From an uncultured Myxococcales bacterium (lineage in GTDB: Bacteria; Myxococcota_A; UBA9042), in the NCBI GenBank assembly GCA_903919145.1, contig CAIXGW010000016.1, positions 113,367 through 177,366 on the forward strand: a stretch of 64,000 nt of DNA, written 5' to 3'. Positions 9,119 through 18,873 of the stretch are shown piece after piece (the stretch's first letter is position 1; each line of letters starts with the position of its first letter). The notes under the pieces are model-generated. The model saw only the letters and a program-made list of their open reading frames with translations, made no database searches and was not told where the DNA came from. The position numbers were made by a program, and so were the translations under genes.

Positions 9119-10093
9119 GTGGAACAGCAGACCCCAGTCCCAGAGGTGGCGGCCCGGCCGCGGTTGGCCAAGTCGCGCCCGGCGCAGCGGCGCTTTGACC
9201 GGCTGGTGCGCTTGGTGTCGGTGCCCGGCTTTGAGCGGCTACAGGATGCGCACGTGATCGTGTTTGGCGTGGGCGGCGTGGGCGGCTATGCGGCCGAAGG
9301 GCTGGTGCGCAGCGGCATTGGGCGTGTGACGCTGGTCGACTACGACGTGGTCTGCGCCACCAATCTCAACCGCCAGATCCAAGCGCTGACGACCAATGTG
9401 GGCCGGCCCAAGGCAGAGGTCCTGGCCGAGCGCCTGCGCACCATCAATCCGCAGTGCCAGGTCGAGGCGATCGCCGCCTTCTACAGCGCCGAGCGGGCCG
9501 ACGAGCTGCTGCCCTTGACCGACCCTCCGAGCTTTGTGGTCGACGCGATCGACAACGTCACCGCCAAGCTGCACTTGCTCAACCGCTGTAGAAGTCAGGG
9601 GATTGCTGTGGTCAGCTCGATGGGCGCCGCCGGCAAGCTGGACCCTACCCAGGTGCGGGTTGCCGACCTGTACGAGACCCACACCGACCCGCTGGCCCGG
9701 GCGGTGCGGCGGTCTCTGCGCAAGCACTACCAGTGGCCCGAGGCGGGCAAGGGAGCCAAGGTCAGAAGTGGGATTTCCGTAGTGTATTCGTTAGAGAGCC
9801 GGCGCTTTCCGCTGCCGCCCGACTGGGATCGCGAGCACGGTTTTCAGTGCGTCTGCCCGCCCAATGAGGCGGACGTGCACCAGTGCAGCCACCGCAACCT
9901 CATTGAAGGGTCGGCGGTGTTTGTCACTTCGGTGTTTGGCATGACCGCGGCCGCCGTGGTGGTGCGGGCGCTGGTGGGCGAACTGGCGGCGCCGACGATT
10001 GCCGAGCTGCCGCGGTCCGATCACGACCACGACCACGGCCACGACCACGACCACGGCGCTGGGCACGGTCCGGCCCCGTCTGCCCACGGCTAG
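9119..10093 (+). CDS. tcdA: tRNA threonylcarbamoyladenosine dehydratase (ThiF/MoeB E1-like) with C-terminal (His-Asp)n tail
   Basis: 324 aa; VIVFGVGGVGGYAAEGLVRSGIGRVTLVDYDVVCATNLNRQIQAL...GRPKAEVLAERL is the TcdA/CsdL Rossmann core. C-terminus DHDHDHGHDHDHGAGHG is a metal-binding-like low-complexity tail. Confidence 0.8.
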   Translation: MEQQTPVPEVAARPRLAKSRPAQRRFDRLVRLVSVPGFERLQDAHVIVFGVGGVGGYAAEGLVRSGIGRVTLVDYDVVCATNLNRQIQALTTNVGRPKAEVLAERLRTINPQCQVEAIAAFYSAERADELLPLTDPPSFVVDAIDNVTAKLHLLNRCRSQGIAVVSSMGAAGKLDPTQVRVADLYETHTDPLARAVRRSLRKHYQWPEAGKGAKVRSGISVVYSLESRRFPLPPDWDREHGFQCVCPPNEADVHQCSHRNLIEGSAVFVTSVFGMTAAAVVVRALVGELAAPTIAELPRSDHDHDHGHDHDHGAGHGPAPSAHG

Positions 10094-10235
10094 GCCTCAA
10101 AGCCGCCGGCAGCCAGTGTCGTTGCGGAACCCGGAACCGACGTGGTTGGGGGTACGGAAGAGGACCCAGCAGCAGCAGCCAAGACCTGTGGTCAAGAACC
10201 GGGGGTAACCCGAATCGAATCAACGGTCCTGGGTA

Positions 10236-11250
10236 CTAATAGTCGGCCATGGCTTTCTTGGCCGGCCCGGGCTGGCCGCCGGCGACGCCGGTGCCGGAAA
10301 ACGCCATGGTCACATAGAAGCTGGACCACGAGGCGGCTTGACGGGCGGCGGCGCGGATCTTGTCTGGCACGACTTCTTCGCCCTGGCGACCGCCCTGGCG
10401 CCAAGCGGCGATGTGATCGCGCACAGCCTCAATGGCAAAGGTCATTTCGCTCTTGCGAGCCGTCACCTGGGCGTCGTGGCGGGTCAGCCAGTGGTCGGCG
10501 AGCACCACGGCGCCGGCGGCCAGGCACAGGTAGGCGACCATCTCGCTAAAGCCGGCGTCCAGATTGGCTTCGGCAGGAACTTGCAGCGCCGCGGCCTGCG
10601 CCCGATCCATCATCCGCGCCGAGATCAGCGCCGCCGCCAGGTAGGCCCAGGCGTGACCCTGGCCCAGCGCTTTGGTCAGCGTATCGGCTCCGCGCAAGGC
10701 CACGGAGTAGTTTCCGATCTCGGCCCACTCGGCTATGGCATCCAGGAACTTGGTCGGCCAGGCAGCGGCCGGCAGCTCTGCCGTCTCCATCAGAGTATCC
10801 ATCGCAGAACGCGGATTCTCTTGCTTGGCCAGCCACTCGTCCAAGGCATCCAGGACCTGGCCAATGGTGGGGGCATGGAAATTGTCGGCCCACTGGACGG
10901 AGAAGTCGGCGTCGATCAGGTAGACGGACATCCGCGCCAGGCGGTCGGCAGGCCAATGGGGCAGGGCCCAGCGCTCCCACAGCTCTTGCACGGCCATCCA
11001 CACCAGCGGACGGGTATTGTCGTCCAGGCGATCGCCGGCCAGCTCTAGCCAGTCATCCTCTACGTCGGACTGGCGGGTGGCCTTGGCGGCCTCTGCCAGC
11101 AGGGCTTCTTTGCTAGTGACAATGCCCAGTTCAGCCAGGGCGGTCAGCAGATCGGCATCGCTCCAGGCTCGCAAGCTGGGGCTCGCGGCGTCCCAGGTCT
11201 GCAGGCTGTGGGTCTCAGGGGCGGCGGCAGGCGAAGAGGGCTCTGACATG
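10236..11250 (-). CDS. hypothetical acidic protein (no recognisable domain)
   Basis: ORF track gives 10236..11438, but the most plausible start is ATG at 11250 (MSEPSSPAAAPE...), 33 nt downstream of the bcp stop. Protein-like composition (WSDADLLTALAELGIVTSKEALLAEAAK...). Confidence 0.5.
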
Positions 11251-11283
11251 CAAACTCCAAAGTCGGCTGAGGTACCCCGAACT

Positions 11284-11751
11284 CTAACCGAGCTTGGCCA
11301 GCGCCGCCAGCACCTGGTCCACGTGGCCCTTGACCGACACTTTGGGCCAAGCAGCGGCGATGTTGCCCTGGGCGTCGACAAGGTAGGTCGAGCGTATGAT
11401 CCCCTGGACTTGCTTGCCGTACATGACCTTGGTGCCAAAGGCGCCCCAGGCGGCCAGGGTCGACTTGTCGGGGTCGCTCAGCAGGGGAAAGGTGAGTCCA
11501 TACTTGGTCTTGAAGCGGACGTGCGCGGCCACCGAGTCGCCAGAGATGCCCAGTACGGTAGCGCCAAACTGCTCGGCCCACTCTGCTTTGCGGTCGCGGA
11601 AATCGCAGGCCTCTGTGGTGCAACCAGGCGTATCGTCGCGGGGATAGAAGTAGACCACCACCGGGCGGCCGCGCAGGGCTGAGAGGGTGACGGTGCTGCC
11701 GTCATCGGCGGTCAGGGTAAAGTCGGGGGCGGCAGAGCCAAGGGTCAGCAT
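11284..11751 (-). CDS. bcp: thioredoxin-dependent peroxiredoxin Bcp
   Basis: MLTLGSAAPDFTLTADDGSTVTLSALRGRPVVVYFYPRDDTPGCTTEACDFRD...GISGDSVAAHVRFKTKYGLTFPLLSD shows the PxxxTxxC peroxidatic motif. Start taken at the internal Met, because the longer ORF to 11877 adds a non-conserved extension. Confidence 0.9.
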   Translation of the reverse strand: MLTLGSAAPDFTLTADDGSTVTLSALRGRPVVVYFYPRDDTPGCTTEACDFRDRKAEWAEQFGATVLGISGDSVAAHVRFKTKYGLTFPLLSDPDKSTLAAWGAFGTKVMYGKQVQGIIRSTYLVDAQGNIAAAWPKVSVKGHVDQVLAALAKLG

Positions 11752-11900
11752 CGTAGGTCCTGTGCACCCGGACAGTGGGCGCGGATGGGCGCTGAAAGCA
11801 TCAGCATTTGGTCGGCGATCGCAACCAATAGTTGCCGATGCTGCGGAAAGCCGGTACGGTTTGGCCTTGCGCAGCACTCCGCCGCGCTGGGCAGGGTTCT

Positions 11901-12635
11901 ATGCGCATCGCCATCATCAGCGACGTTCACGCCAACATTCAAGCGCTGAGCAAGGTCTTGGAGCGCTGCGACAAGGAAGACGTCGACGAGATCGTCTGCC
12001 TGGGCGATGTTGTGGGTTACGGCGGCAATCCCAATGAATGCTGTGACCTCTTGCGCGAATACTGCTCGGTAGTGCTGATGGGCAACCACGATGCCGCGAC
12101 CGTGGGTGTGATGGATGCCGACTACTACTACGACTCAGCCCGGCGGGTGTTGTACTGGTCGCGCAAGGAGCTGACGGAGGAAAACTTCCGCTGGCTCTAT
12201 AGCTTGCCCTACACCCACCAGCGCCCGGACCTGGATGCGGGCTTCTACCACTCTGCGCCGATCCTGCCGTCGGGCTTCTATTACGTGGTGCGCAACGAAG
12301 AGGCCGAAGCCTTGACCCGCATGAAGGAAGGGTTTTTTACCCACAACTTCATTGGCCACTCGCACCTGACTACGACCTACGAGTACAGCGGCAAGAAGGT
12401 CAAAGACGTCACCGGCAACTACACCTACCGCGAGGGCAATCGCTACCTGTTCAACGTCGGGTCGGTGGGGCAGCCGCGCGATCGCAATCCGCAGGCGTGC
12501 TTTGTGATCTTTGACGCCAAGCGCAAGACCGTAGAGCACGTGCGCGTTCCCTACGACATCGCCGCCGCCCAGGCCCGCATTCGCGAAGTGGGCCACGACG
12601 ACAAGTTTGCCCGCCGCCTCTCTTTGGGGCAGTAG
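11901..12635 (+). CDS. metallophosphoesterase (MJ0936/YfcE-like)
   Basis: MRIAIISDVHANIQAL...VDEIVCLGDVVGYGGNPNEC...LMGNHD... are calcineurin-like phosphoesterase motifs. Start at Met 11901 rather than ORF-track 11832. Confidence 0.85.
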   Translation: MRIAIISDVHANIQALSKVLERCDKEDVDEIVCLGDVVGYGGNPNECCDLLREYCSVVLMGNHDAATVGVMDADYYYDSARRVLYWSRKELTEENFRWLYSLPYTHQRPDLDAGFYHSAPILPSGFYYVVRNEEAEALTRMKEGFFTHNFIGHSHLTTTYEYSGKKVKDVTGNYTYREGNRYLFNVGSVGQPRDRNPQACFVIFDAKRKTVEHVRVPYDIAAAQARIREVGHDDKFARRLSLGQ

Positions 12636-12800
12636 CGGCAGCAGAATCGTTGGGCCCACCAAGAGTGGCTTGGGGCGCGCCAGACCGGGCTTGTTCTAGC
12701 TTGGTTGTACCCGAATTGTTCTGCCTTTGCCTAAGTTTTCCCTGAGTCTGCCCGAGCTGACCAGCCAGCAACTTACGCGCCGACCGCTGCTCGCCGACCT

Positions 12801-15776
12801 CTACTCGCCGGCAAAGACCCGTGCGCGCAGGCGCCAGCGACCGGCCTCGCGCCGCTTGGCGATGGCATCGGTGGGCGTGGCTTTGAGCAGATAGCCTTCG
12901 CCGGAGCCGTTGCTGATGATGACTTCTTTGGGCGCGCCTTCAGCAATCACCAGCTGGCGCAGGTCGCCGTTGCGGCCGAGATCGCGCACCGTCAGCAAGT
13001 AGGGGCCCGCACTGGCGGCCGCCTCAATGCGGATCTGCTTCATGGAAGGGTCGCCGCCGTCGATGCGCAGCCAGTCTACTGCGGCCGAGTCGTCGGTGTC
13101 GCCGTGGTGCCAGGCGCCAAGGACCATGGGCTGGGCAGAATCTTCTGTGTTGTTGGGTTCTTGCTCGGTCTGGTCGGCGGCGTCGGTGATCTGGTAGCGC
13201 AGGGTGTAGAGCACCGGGTCCGGCCGCAGCTCGCCGTTGGCCGGGGCTACCCGCTGCACCAACGCCACGTCTGGCTGCTGCTGCGAGGACCCCACAAAGG
13301 CCAGCACCGGCTTCAGCTCGCCGGGAATGACCTTGCGCGCCGCGATCATCCGCTGCTTGCCGTCGAGCAGGGCCAGGCGCAAGTTGGCCCACTCCTGGCC
13401 GGGCGCCAGCTCCAGGTGGACCTTGAGCAGGCGGCCGTCGATGTTGCCTGGCATGTTGAACTGGTCGCGATCGCCCGGGCCGTCCAGCACGGCGCTGTGG
13501 TCGATGCTGGGCTCCAGCTCGTTGCCCGGGCGCTCGTCATTGGGTTCGCGCTCGCTGTGCATGGAGCGCGGCTTGAGCTCGACCTGCAGCGAGTAGCGGT
13601 CAGACAGCGACTCTCCGGGGATCTGCCCCGGCACCACCAGCTCGGCCAGGCAGACTACCGTGGGGTTCAGGCGTGGGTCGGGCAGGCGCAGCAGCTCGCC
13701 TTGGCCCTTGCCGCGATGGCTGTGAAGGAGCACCGGCCGGCCGCCGTCTTTGTACAGGCTTAGCGCCAAGTCCATGGTTGGCACGCCGGTCACGTGGATC
13801 GCCAGCTCTTGGCCCTCGGCCACTGCGGGCAGGCGGAAGCAGTCGCGATCGCCAGCGGTATCCGAGTGGCGCTTGCCGATCCGCCCCTCTGCAGCTTGGC
13901 CCGGGCCCAGCGGATTGGCTCGGCCAAACTCGTCGTTGGGTTCTTGCTCCTCGGTCGAAGGCGCCGACATCGACCACCACACGCCGCCGGCCAGGGCCAG
14001 CACCGCCGCCGCCAAGGTCGCAAAAAACACGGCGGTTCTGCGGTTTTGGGTGACGCCGCCCGCAGAGAGCTTCTCTTCGGAATCGGCCGCCTCGGCCTGG
14101 CGCAGGGGCGCTGGCTGGGCTTGCGCTGGCGCAGTCGGGCCGTCCAGGGCATTGCCGGCGGGCACAGGCTTGGCCGCGGCAGGTTTGGCGGGATTGGGCT
14201 TGACGGCGGCGGGCTTGGCCACCGCGCCCGCCGGGTCTTTCCAGCTGCTGCGCAGACCGGCCACCAGGGCATGGCTGAGCTCTTCCATGCTCTGGAAGCG
14301 CTCATCTGGGTCCTTGGCCAGGGCTTTGGCCACCAGCGCCTCCAAGGCGGGCGGAACTTGCACAGAGGGAGCTGCTTCGGCCATGGCGGGCAGCGGCTCC
14401 ATCAGGTGGGCCTTGAGGATGTCAAAGGTGTTCTTCTGGCGGAACACGTGCTGGCCCGTCAGCATTCGAAACATCAGCGCGCCCACGGCGTAGATGTCGG
14501 CGCGGCCGTCGATTTCGCCAGCGCGGATCTGCTCTGGGCTCATGAAATACGGCGTGCCAAAGATGTCGCGCTGGCTGTGGATGGTGTACGGGTCGTCAGC
14601 GCCTTGGACCTTTGCCAGGCCGAAGTCGAGGATCTTGATAAAGTCCGGGTGGGCCTGCCCGGTGACCAGCATGATGTTTTCTGGCTTGAGGTCGCGGTGG
14701 ATGATGCCGTGCTTGTGGGCCTCTGCCAGCGAGTCGCACATCTGCAGGACCAGCCGCGCCACCCGGTCGGCCTGCAGCGGGCCCTCTCTCTCTAGCGTGG
14801 CGTCCAGCGCCTCTCCCTCAAGCAACTCCATGACGAGATAAAAGATCTCTCCCCATCGGCCAAAGTCGTAAACCATCACCGTGTGCGGGCTAGACAGCCG
14901 CGAGATGGCCCGCGCCTCTCTGGTAAAGCGGGCGATCAGCTGCTTCTTGGCGACGAGGCTCTCATGGAGCATCTTGATCGCCATGGTCTTTTTGAGGTGG
15001 ACTTGCTCGCAGCGAAAGACCACGCCCATGCCGCCGCGGCCCACCAGAGACTGGACCAAGTAGCGGTCGTCGATCAGCTGGCCCAGGTAGGCGCTGCGCT
15101 GCTCGTCTTCGCCGTCGCCATCTTCCAGCGAGGTGACCAGGGTGGCGGCGTTGGCGGCGTCGCGCGGCTGGCTGTTGGACTTGCCGGTGGGCGTGGCGTT
15201 CTCAAACCCAGAGACTTGCCGCGCCTGCCCGCTGGTGGGCCTGCTGATGCCTGAAGACGGCTTGGGCAGCACTGGGGCGGACTTGCCGGCACCAGCGGCT
15301 GGGCGGCTGGCCAGCGGCACTGACCCGGTGGTGTTGGCGGCGGCCGCGGCGGGGCGCCCAGACCGGACTGGCAGGGTCAGCGCCGGCACTTCGGCCGAAC
15401 CAGGGGTGTGCGGAGCGATGGTCGCCGCGGCCGCGTAGTTGCCTGCCGCGCCTGGTGAATGGGCCGCAGGTGTACCGGCAACCTGGGCAACCGGCAGCGG
15501 CGGTGGCGTGTGCTGGTGAAGGGGCTGCTGGTCGGCCGCCGGATCGGTGGGCACGGGACCGACGATCGTGGCGGCATCATCGTCGATGACTGCGACCCGC
15601 AAGGGGGGGCGGACCGAGGGTTGCAGCGACTTGAGCTCAGCGGCGGGCGGGGTAGCCGTCTCATCGGCTGGCGACGCGGCTTCGCTGGCCGCCACCGGCT
15701 GCAAAGGCTCCCCATCCTCGCGGCAAAACCGCTCGCCGCCTTGATAGGTTCTGCCGCAGCTGGCGCAACGCTTCAT
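12801..15776 (-). CDS. Ser/Thr protein kinase with N-terminal zinc ribbon, one TM segment and C-terminal PPC-like (EPND) repeats
   Basis: 991 aa. Begins MKRCASCGRTYQGGERFCREDGEPL (zinc ribbon). Hanks kinase motifs (VAIKML, HRDLKPENIML, DFGLAK, GTPYFMSPE). Followed by a TM helix, then three repeats containing EPNDE/EPNDER/EPNNTED...GD.D.F motifs (bacterial pre-peptidase C-terminal-like). Confidence 0.9.
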   Translation of the reverse strand: MKRCASCGRTYQGGERFCREDGEPLQPVAASEAASPADETATPPAAELKSLQPSVRPPLRVAVIDDDAATIVGPVPTDPAADQQPLHQHTPPPLPVAQVAGTPAAHSPGAAGNYAAAATIAPHTPGSAEVPALTLPVRSGRPAAAAANTTGSVPLASRPAAGAGKSAPVLPKPSSGISRPTSGQARQVSGFENATPTGKSNSQPRDAANAATLVTSLEDGDGEDEQRSAYLGQLIDDRYLVQSLVGRGGMGVVFRCEQVHLKKTMAIKMLHESLVAKKQLIARFTREARAISRLSSPHTVMVYDFGRWGEIFYLVMELLEGEALDATLEREGPLQADRVARLVLQMCDSLAEAHKHGIIHRDLKPENIMLVTGQAHPDFIKILDFGLAKVQGADDPYTIHSQRDIFGTPYFMSPEQIRAGEIDGRADIYAVGALMFRMLTGQHVFRQKNTFDILKAHLMEPLPAMAEAAPSVQVPPALEALVAKALAKDPDERFQSMEELSHALVAGLRSSWKDPAGAVAKPAAVKPNPAKPAAAKPVPAGNALDGPTAPAQAQPAPLRQAEAADSEEKLSAGGVTQNRRTAVFFATLAAAVLALAGGVWWSMSAPSTEEQEPNDEFGRANPLGPGQAAEGRIGKRHSDTAGDRDCFRLPAVAEGQELAIHVTGVPTMDLALSLYKDGGRPVLLHSHRGKGQGELLRLPDPRLNPTVVCLAELVVPGQIPGESLSDRYSLQVELKPRSMHSEREPNDERPGNELEPSIDHSAVLDGPGDRDQFNMPGNIDGRLLKVHLELAPGQEWANLRLALLDGKQRMIAARKVIPGELKPVLAFVGSSQQQPDVALVQRVAPANGELRPDPVLYTLRYQITDAADQTEQEPNNTEDSAQPMVLGAWHHGDTDDSAAVDWLRIDGGDPSMKQIRIEAAASAGPYLLTVRDLGRNGDLRQLVIAEGAPKEVIISNGSGEGYLLKATPTDAIAKRREAGRWRLRARVFAGE

Positions 15777-15974
15777 ACCGGTTCACACAACCGTTGGCGA
15801 ACTCGCCGTTTCGTCTCAGGGGCTCGGAGCGAGGTACTCACCGCCCCTGCCGAATCCGCCGCTCAAGGCGAGCTGGCAAGCCCAGCACCGCGCAGTCAAC
15901 CCAGCGCCACAGCATAGATCACCGGCGGCAAAGCGTCTACGGGGCCGTCGGTTTGCGCTGTGCCGTTTGGCTGC

Positions 15975-17468
15975 TCAGCGGCCCCAGCGCTTGGGCTGTT
16001 TGCCGGTGATTCGCTGCCAGGAAGGGGTGTAGTACTGGGCAAACGGCAGATCCAGGGGTTCTCTAGCTGCGCCATCGGCCGAGGTGATCCACAGGCGGTG
16101 GCCCTTGCCGTCCTCGTTGGAGACATAGGCCAGGCGCTTGCCACACGGGGCCCAGGTAGGCTCCAAAGAGCGGCGGCCCAGCCCCGGCGTCAGGCGCTGC
16201 ATCTTGCCCTGCAGGTTCACCGTCAGCACGTCAATGGAGTTGCCGCGCTGGCCCGAGTAGGCGATCTTGCCGTCGGGGCCCCAGTCGGGATCGGCGTTGT
16301 AGTTGCCGGCAAAAGTCAGGCGGCGCTGGTTGCTGCCGTCGGTGTTCATGACGTAGACCTGCGGCTCGCCGGTGCGGTCAGAGATAAAGGCGATGTGCTC
16401 GCCGTCGGAGCTGAAGGACGGGCTCAGGTCGTTGGCCGGGTTGCTGGTCAGGTTGCGGTTGGGCTCGCCGTTCCAGTCGATCATCCAGATGTCAGCCTGG
16501 TCGCCGTCATTGATGGTGGCGGCGATGTCCCCGCGGGGGTTTTGGGTACATCCGCGAAATTGAAGGTCTTTTCCGGCAGCAAAGGGCGTGGGCAGGGCCG
16601 CAGCGTCCTTGGCGACCTCCTTGGGCGCCGCGTCTTTCTTCTGCTTGACTGACTTGGGCAGGGTCGGCGTCAGGTCGCTCAAGGCCATCAGCTGCATCGG
16701 GTCGATGCGATACAGGCTGGGCATGCCGGTGCGAAAGCTGGTGTAGGCCAGGCCGCCATCGTGCAACTGAACGGGAAACATGTGGATCCCCGTGTCGCCC
16801 ACCAGCAGCCGGCGGTTGGCTCCGTCGGCATCGACCTGCCAAATGCAGCGCTGGCAGCCGGGGCCCGGCGCGCTGTAGTAGATGACGGTGTCAAAGCTGC
16901 CCTCTATGCCGGTGATGGCACCCTGCACGCCGTTGAGGACGCGGTGGGCCATCGAGCGCACCGAAGCGGTCGGGGCGCTTTGCAGGGTATAGTCCTGTAG
17001 GTCGTACAGCCGCCCGTCGCGGGCGCCCAGCAGCGCCGCACTCAGCTCGTAGTAGCCGGTCTGCTTGCCCGGGCGCAGCGCCGATGCCAGCACATAGTCG
17101 GCGCCCGCTGCCTGCGCTGCCGCCGGACGCAGCTGAAAGCCCGGCAGGGGCGCCTTGGTCATCTGGGCGGCGTGGGCCGACGTCCCCTTGAGGGGTCGCA
17201 CAAACCCAGACAGGCGGGTGTCGCCCAGCAGCACGGACTCTACAATTTCACAGTCTTTCTTGGCTACCGCGCACTGCAGCGGCAACACCATCAGCGCATC
17301 CAGGGGCCGCTGGGTGGCCTCGACAATCACGTACAGCCCCGAGTCGCCGGCATCGCCGGGCTGGGCCGGCTGGATTTGTTGCTGGGCCGCGGCGCTGCCG
17401 GCACTCAGTGCGGCGGTGACAGCCCAGGCAGCTAGCAGCGCCCTTGGCAGTGGAGTCTTGGTGAGCAT
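15975..17468 (-). CDS. TolB-like periplasmic WD40/PD40 beta-propeller protein
   Basis: Signal peptide, then repeated PD40 units (DLSPSFSSDGEHIAFISDRTGEPQVYVMNTDGSNQRRLT, NADPDWGPDGKIAYSG...). Start set at MLTKTPLP (17468). Confidence 0.75.
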   Translation of the reverse strand: MLTKTPLPRALLAAWAVTAALSAGSAAAQQQIQPAQPGDAGDSGLYVIVEATQRPLDALMVLPLQCAVAKKDCEIVESVLLGDTRLSGFVRPLKGTSAHAAQMTKAPLPGFQLRPAAAQAAGADYVLASALRPGKQTGYYELSAALLGARDGRLYDLQDYTLQSAPTASVRSMAHRVLNGVQGAITGIEGSFDTVIYYSAPGPGCQRCIWQVDADGANRRLLVGDTGIHMFPVQLHDGGLAYTSFRTGMPSLYRIDPMQLMALSDLTPTLPKSVKQKKDAAPKEVAKDAAALPTPFAAGKDLQFRGCTQNPRGDIAATINDGDQADIWMIDWNGEPNRNLTSNPANDLSPSFSSDGEHIAFISDRTGEPQVYVMNTDGSNQRRLTFAGNYNADPDWGPDGKIAYSGQRGNSIDVLTVNLQGKMQRLTPGLGRRSLEPTWAPCGKRLAYVSNEDGKGHRLWITSADGAAREPLDLPFAQYYTPSWQRITGKQPKRWGR

Positions 17469-17528
17469 AGAAACCTCCCGATCGCGCCGACGCGGCAGTG
17501 CTGACTCTCCAGGCAATGCGCGGTCAGG

Positions 17529-18854
17529 TCAAGAGCCCTGCGCGGCCTGGGGAGGAGTTTGGGCGCGCAGCTCCTGCAGCCAGCTGCCGACTTGGTCCGC
17601 ATCGGCGGGCTGAACGTAGATGCGCGCCAGCACGGTCTGCTCGGCGTAACGCTGAAACAGGCGGGTGGCTTCAGCCAGCGGCAGCCAGCGCGGCGCCCCC
17701 ACGGGCGGCTTCTTGCGCACAAAAATCGAAGCCGCCCCCTCGCCAGCGTGATATTTGGACAGCGCGCCCTTGCTGGTGACGTGCAGGTGGTCTACGCCTT
17801 CGCTGCGCATGCGGTCGACCAGGGCGGCAATCGGCTCTGCCTGGCCCATGGGTCCGGCGGATTCGACCATCATTTTAAGAGGTTTGAGCTGCAGGATCCC
17901 CGCCGCCCAGCTGGAGATCCCGGCGTATTCGCGCAAGGTTCGCCACAGAGAGTGGTCGTCAAAAGCCAAGTAGGCCTCTGGATCTGCTGGGGCGCGGCAG
18001 GCTTGGGGCCACTGCTCGTAGAAGCGCCGCAGCATGTGGTCGTAGCACACGGACTTCTTGTGAAAGTACACCATCAGAAACATGTGGTGGCGAGAGAGCA
18101 GAAAGTCGTCAAAGCTAAAGATCGCGCGGTCTTCCAGGCCAAGGTGCAGGGTGCCGTCCTCTGCTTCAAAGTGGCACAGGTGCGAGATCAGCCAGTCCAC
18201 ATCAAACTTGCCGTAGCTGACCCCAGTGAAGTAGCTGTCTCGCAACAGGTAGTCCATGCGGTCGACATCGAGCTCCGAGGACACCAGCGAAGACAACAGC
18301 CGCTGCAGGTTGCGGTTGCCGATCTGAAAGACTGCGCCATCGCAGGCGACATCTTCAGAGATGAGCGCGGCAATGTGGCTGGGCTCAATGCCCTGAGGGC
18401 CCAGCACCCGGCGCAGCAGCTCGGTCAGGCCCGAGCCCAGCAGGAACTGCAGGGTGTAGTGCTCGTGCGAGCCGTGGCCCCCGGGCAGCGGGCGGCGCAG
18501 GTTGGGAACGCACAGCTGAGAGCCGCTGGGCAGCAGCACCTCTGACGAGTGAGACAGTGGCGGATGGCCCAGATCGTGGCACAGCGCGGCGATGCGCACG
18601 GTCTGGCGGAGGCGGGCGCGCTCGGCGTTGGCCAGCCAGGGGGTGTCTCGCAAGGCGGCGTCAAAAGCCAGGCCGGCCAGGTGCATGGCGCCCAGCGAGT
18701 GCAAAAAGCGACTGTGGCTGCCGCCGGGAAAGGTAAGTTCTGAAAAACCAAGCTGTTTGATGTTGCGCAGCCGCTGCAGGTACGGCGACTCAATGAGTAC
18801 CTGCTCGGCGGCAGAAACAGCGATCGGGCCGTGGATAGGGTCGCGAATTTCCAT
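17529..18854 (-). CDS. HD-domain phosphohydrolase (dGTPase/SAMHD1-like)
   Basis: MEIRDPIHGPIAVSAAEQVLIESPYLQRLRNIKQLG...SRFLHSLGAMHLAG...AALCHDLGHPPLSHSSE...VDRMDYLLRDSYFTGV is the HD-superfamily dNTP triphosphohydrolase-like core. Start set at internal Met (18854). Confidence 0.7.
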   Translation of the reverse strand: MEIRDPIHGPIAVSAAEQVLIESPYLQRLRNIKQLGFSELTFPGGSHSRFLHSLGAMHLAGLAFDAALRDTPWLANAERARLRQTVRIAALCHDLGHPPLSHSSEVLLPSGSQLCVPNLRRPLPGGHGSHEHYTLQFLLGSGLTELLRRVLGPQGIEPSHIAALISEDVACDGAVFQIGNRNLQRLLSSLVSSELDVDRMDYLLRDSYFTGVSYGKFDVDWLISHLCHFEAEDGTLHLGLEDRAIFSFDDFLLSRHHMFLMVYFHKKSVCYDHMLRRFYEQWPQACRAPADPEAYLAFDDHSLWRTLREYAGISSWAAGILQLKPLKMMVESAGPMGQAEPIAALVDRMRSEGVDHLHVTSKGALSKYHAGEGAASIFVRKKPPVGAPRWLPLAEATRLFQRYAEQTVLARIYVQPADADQVGSWLQELRAQTPPQAAQGS

Positions 18855-18873
18855 GGGTAGAGCGGCTCCGACG

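Noticed and set aside
17559-18545. 328-aa plus-strand ORF
   Set aside because: Antisense to the HD-domain gene. Low-complexity.
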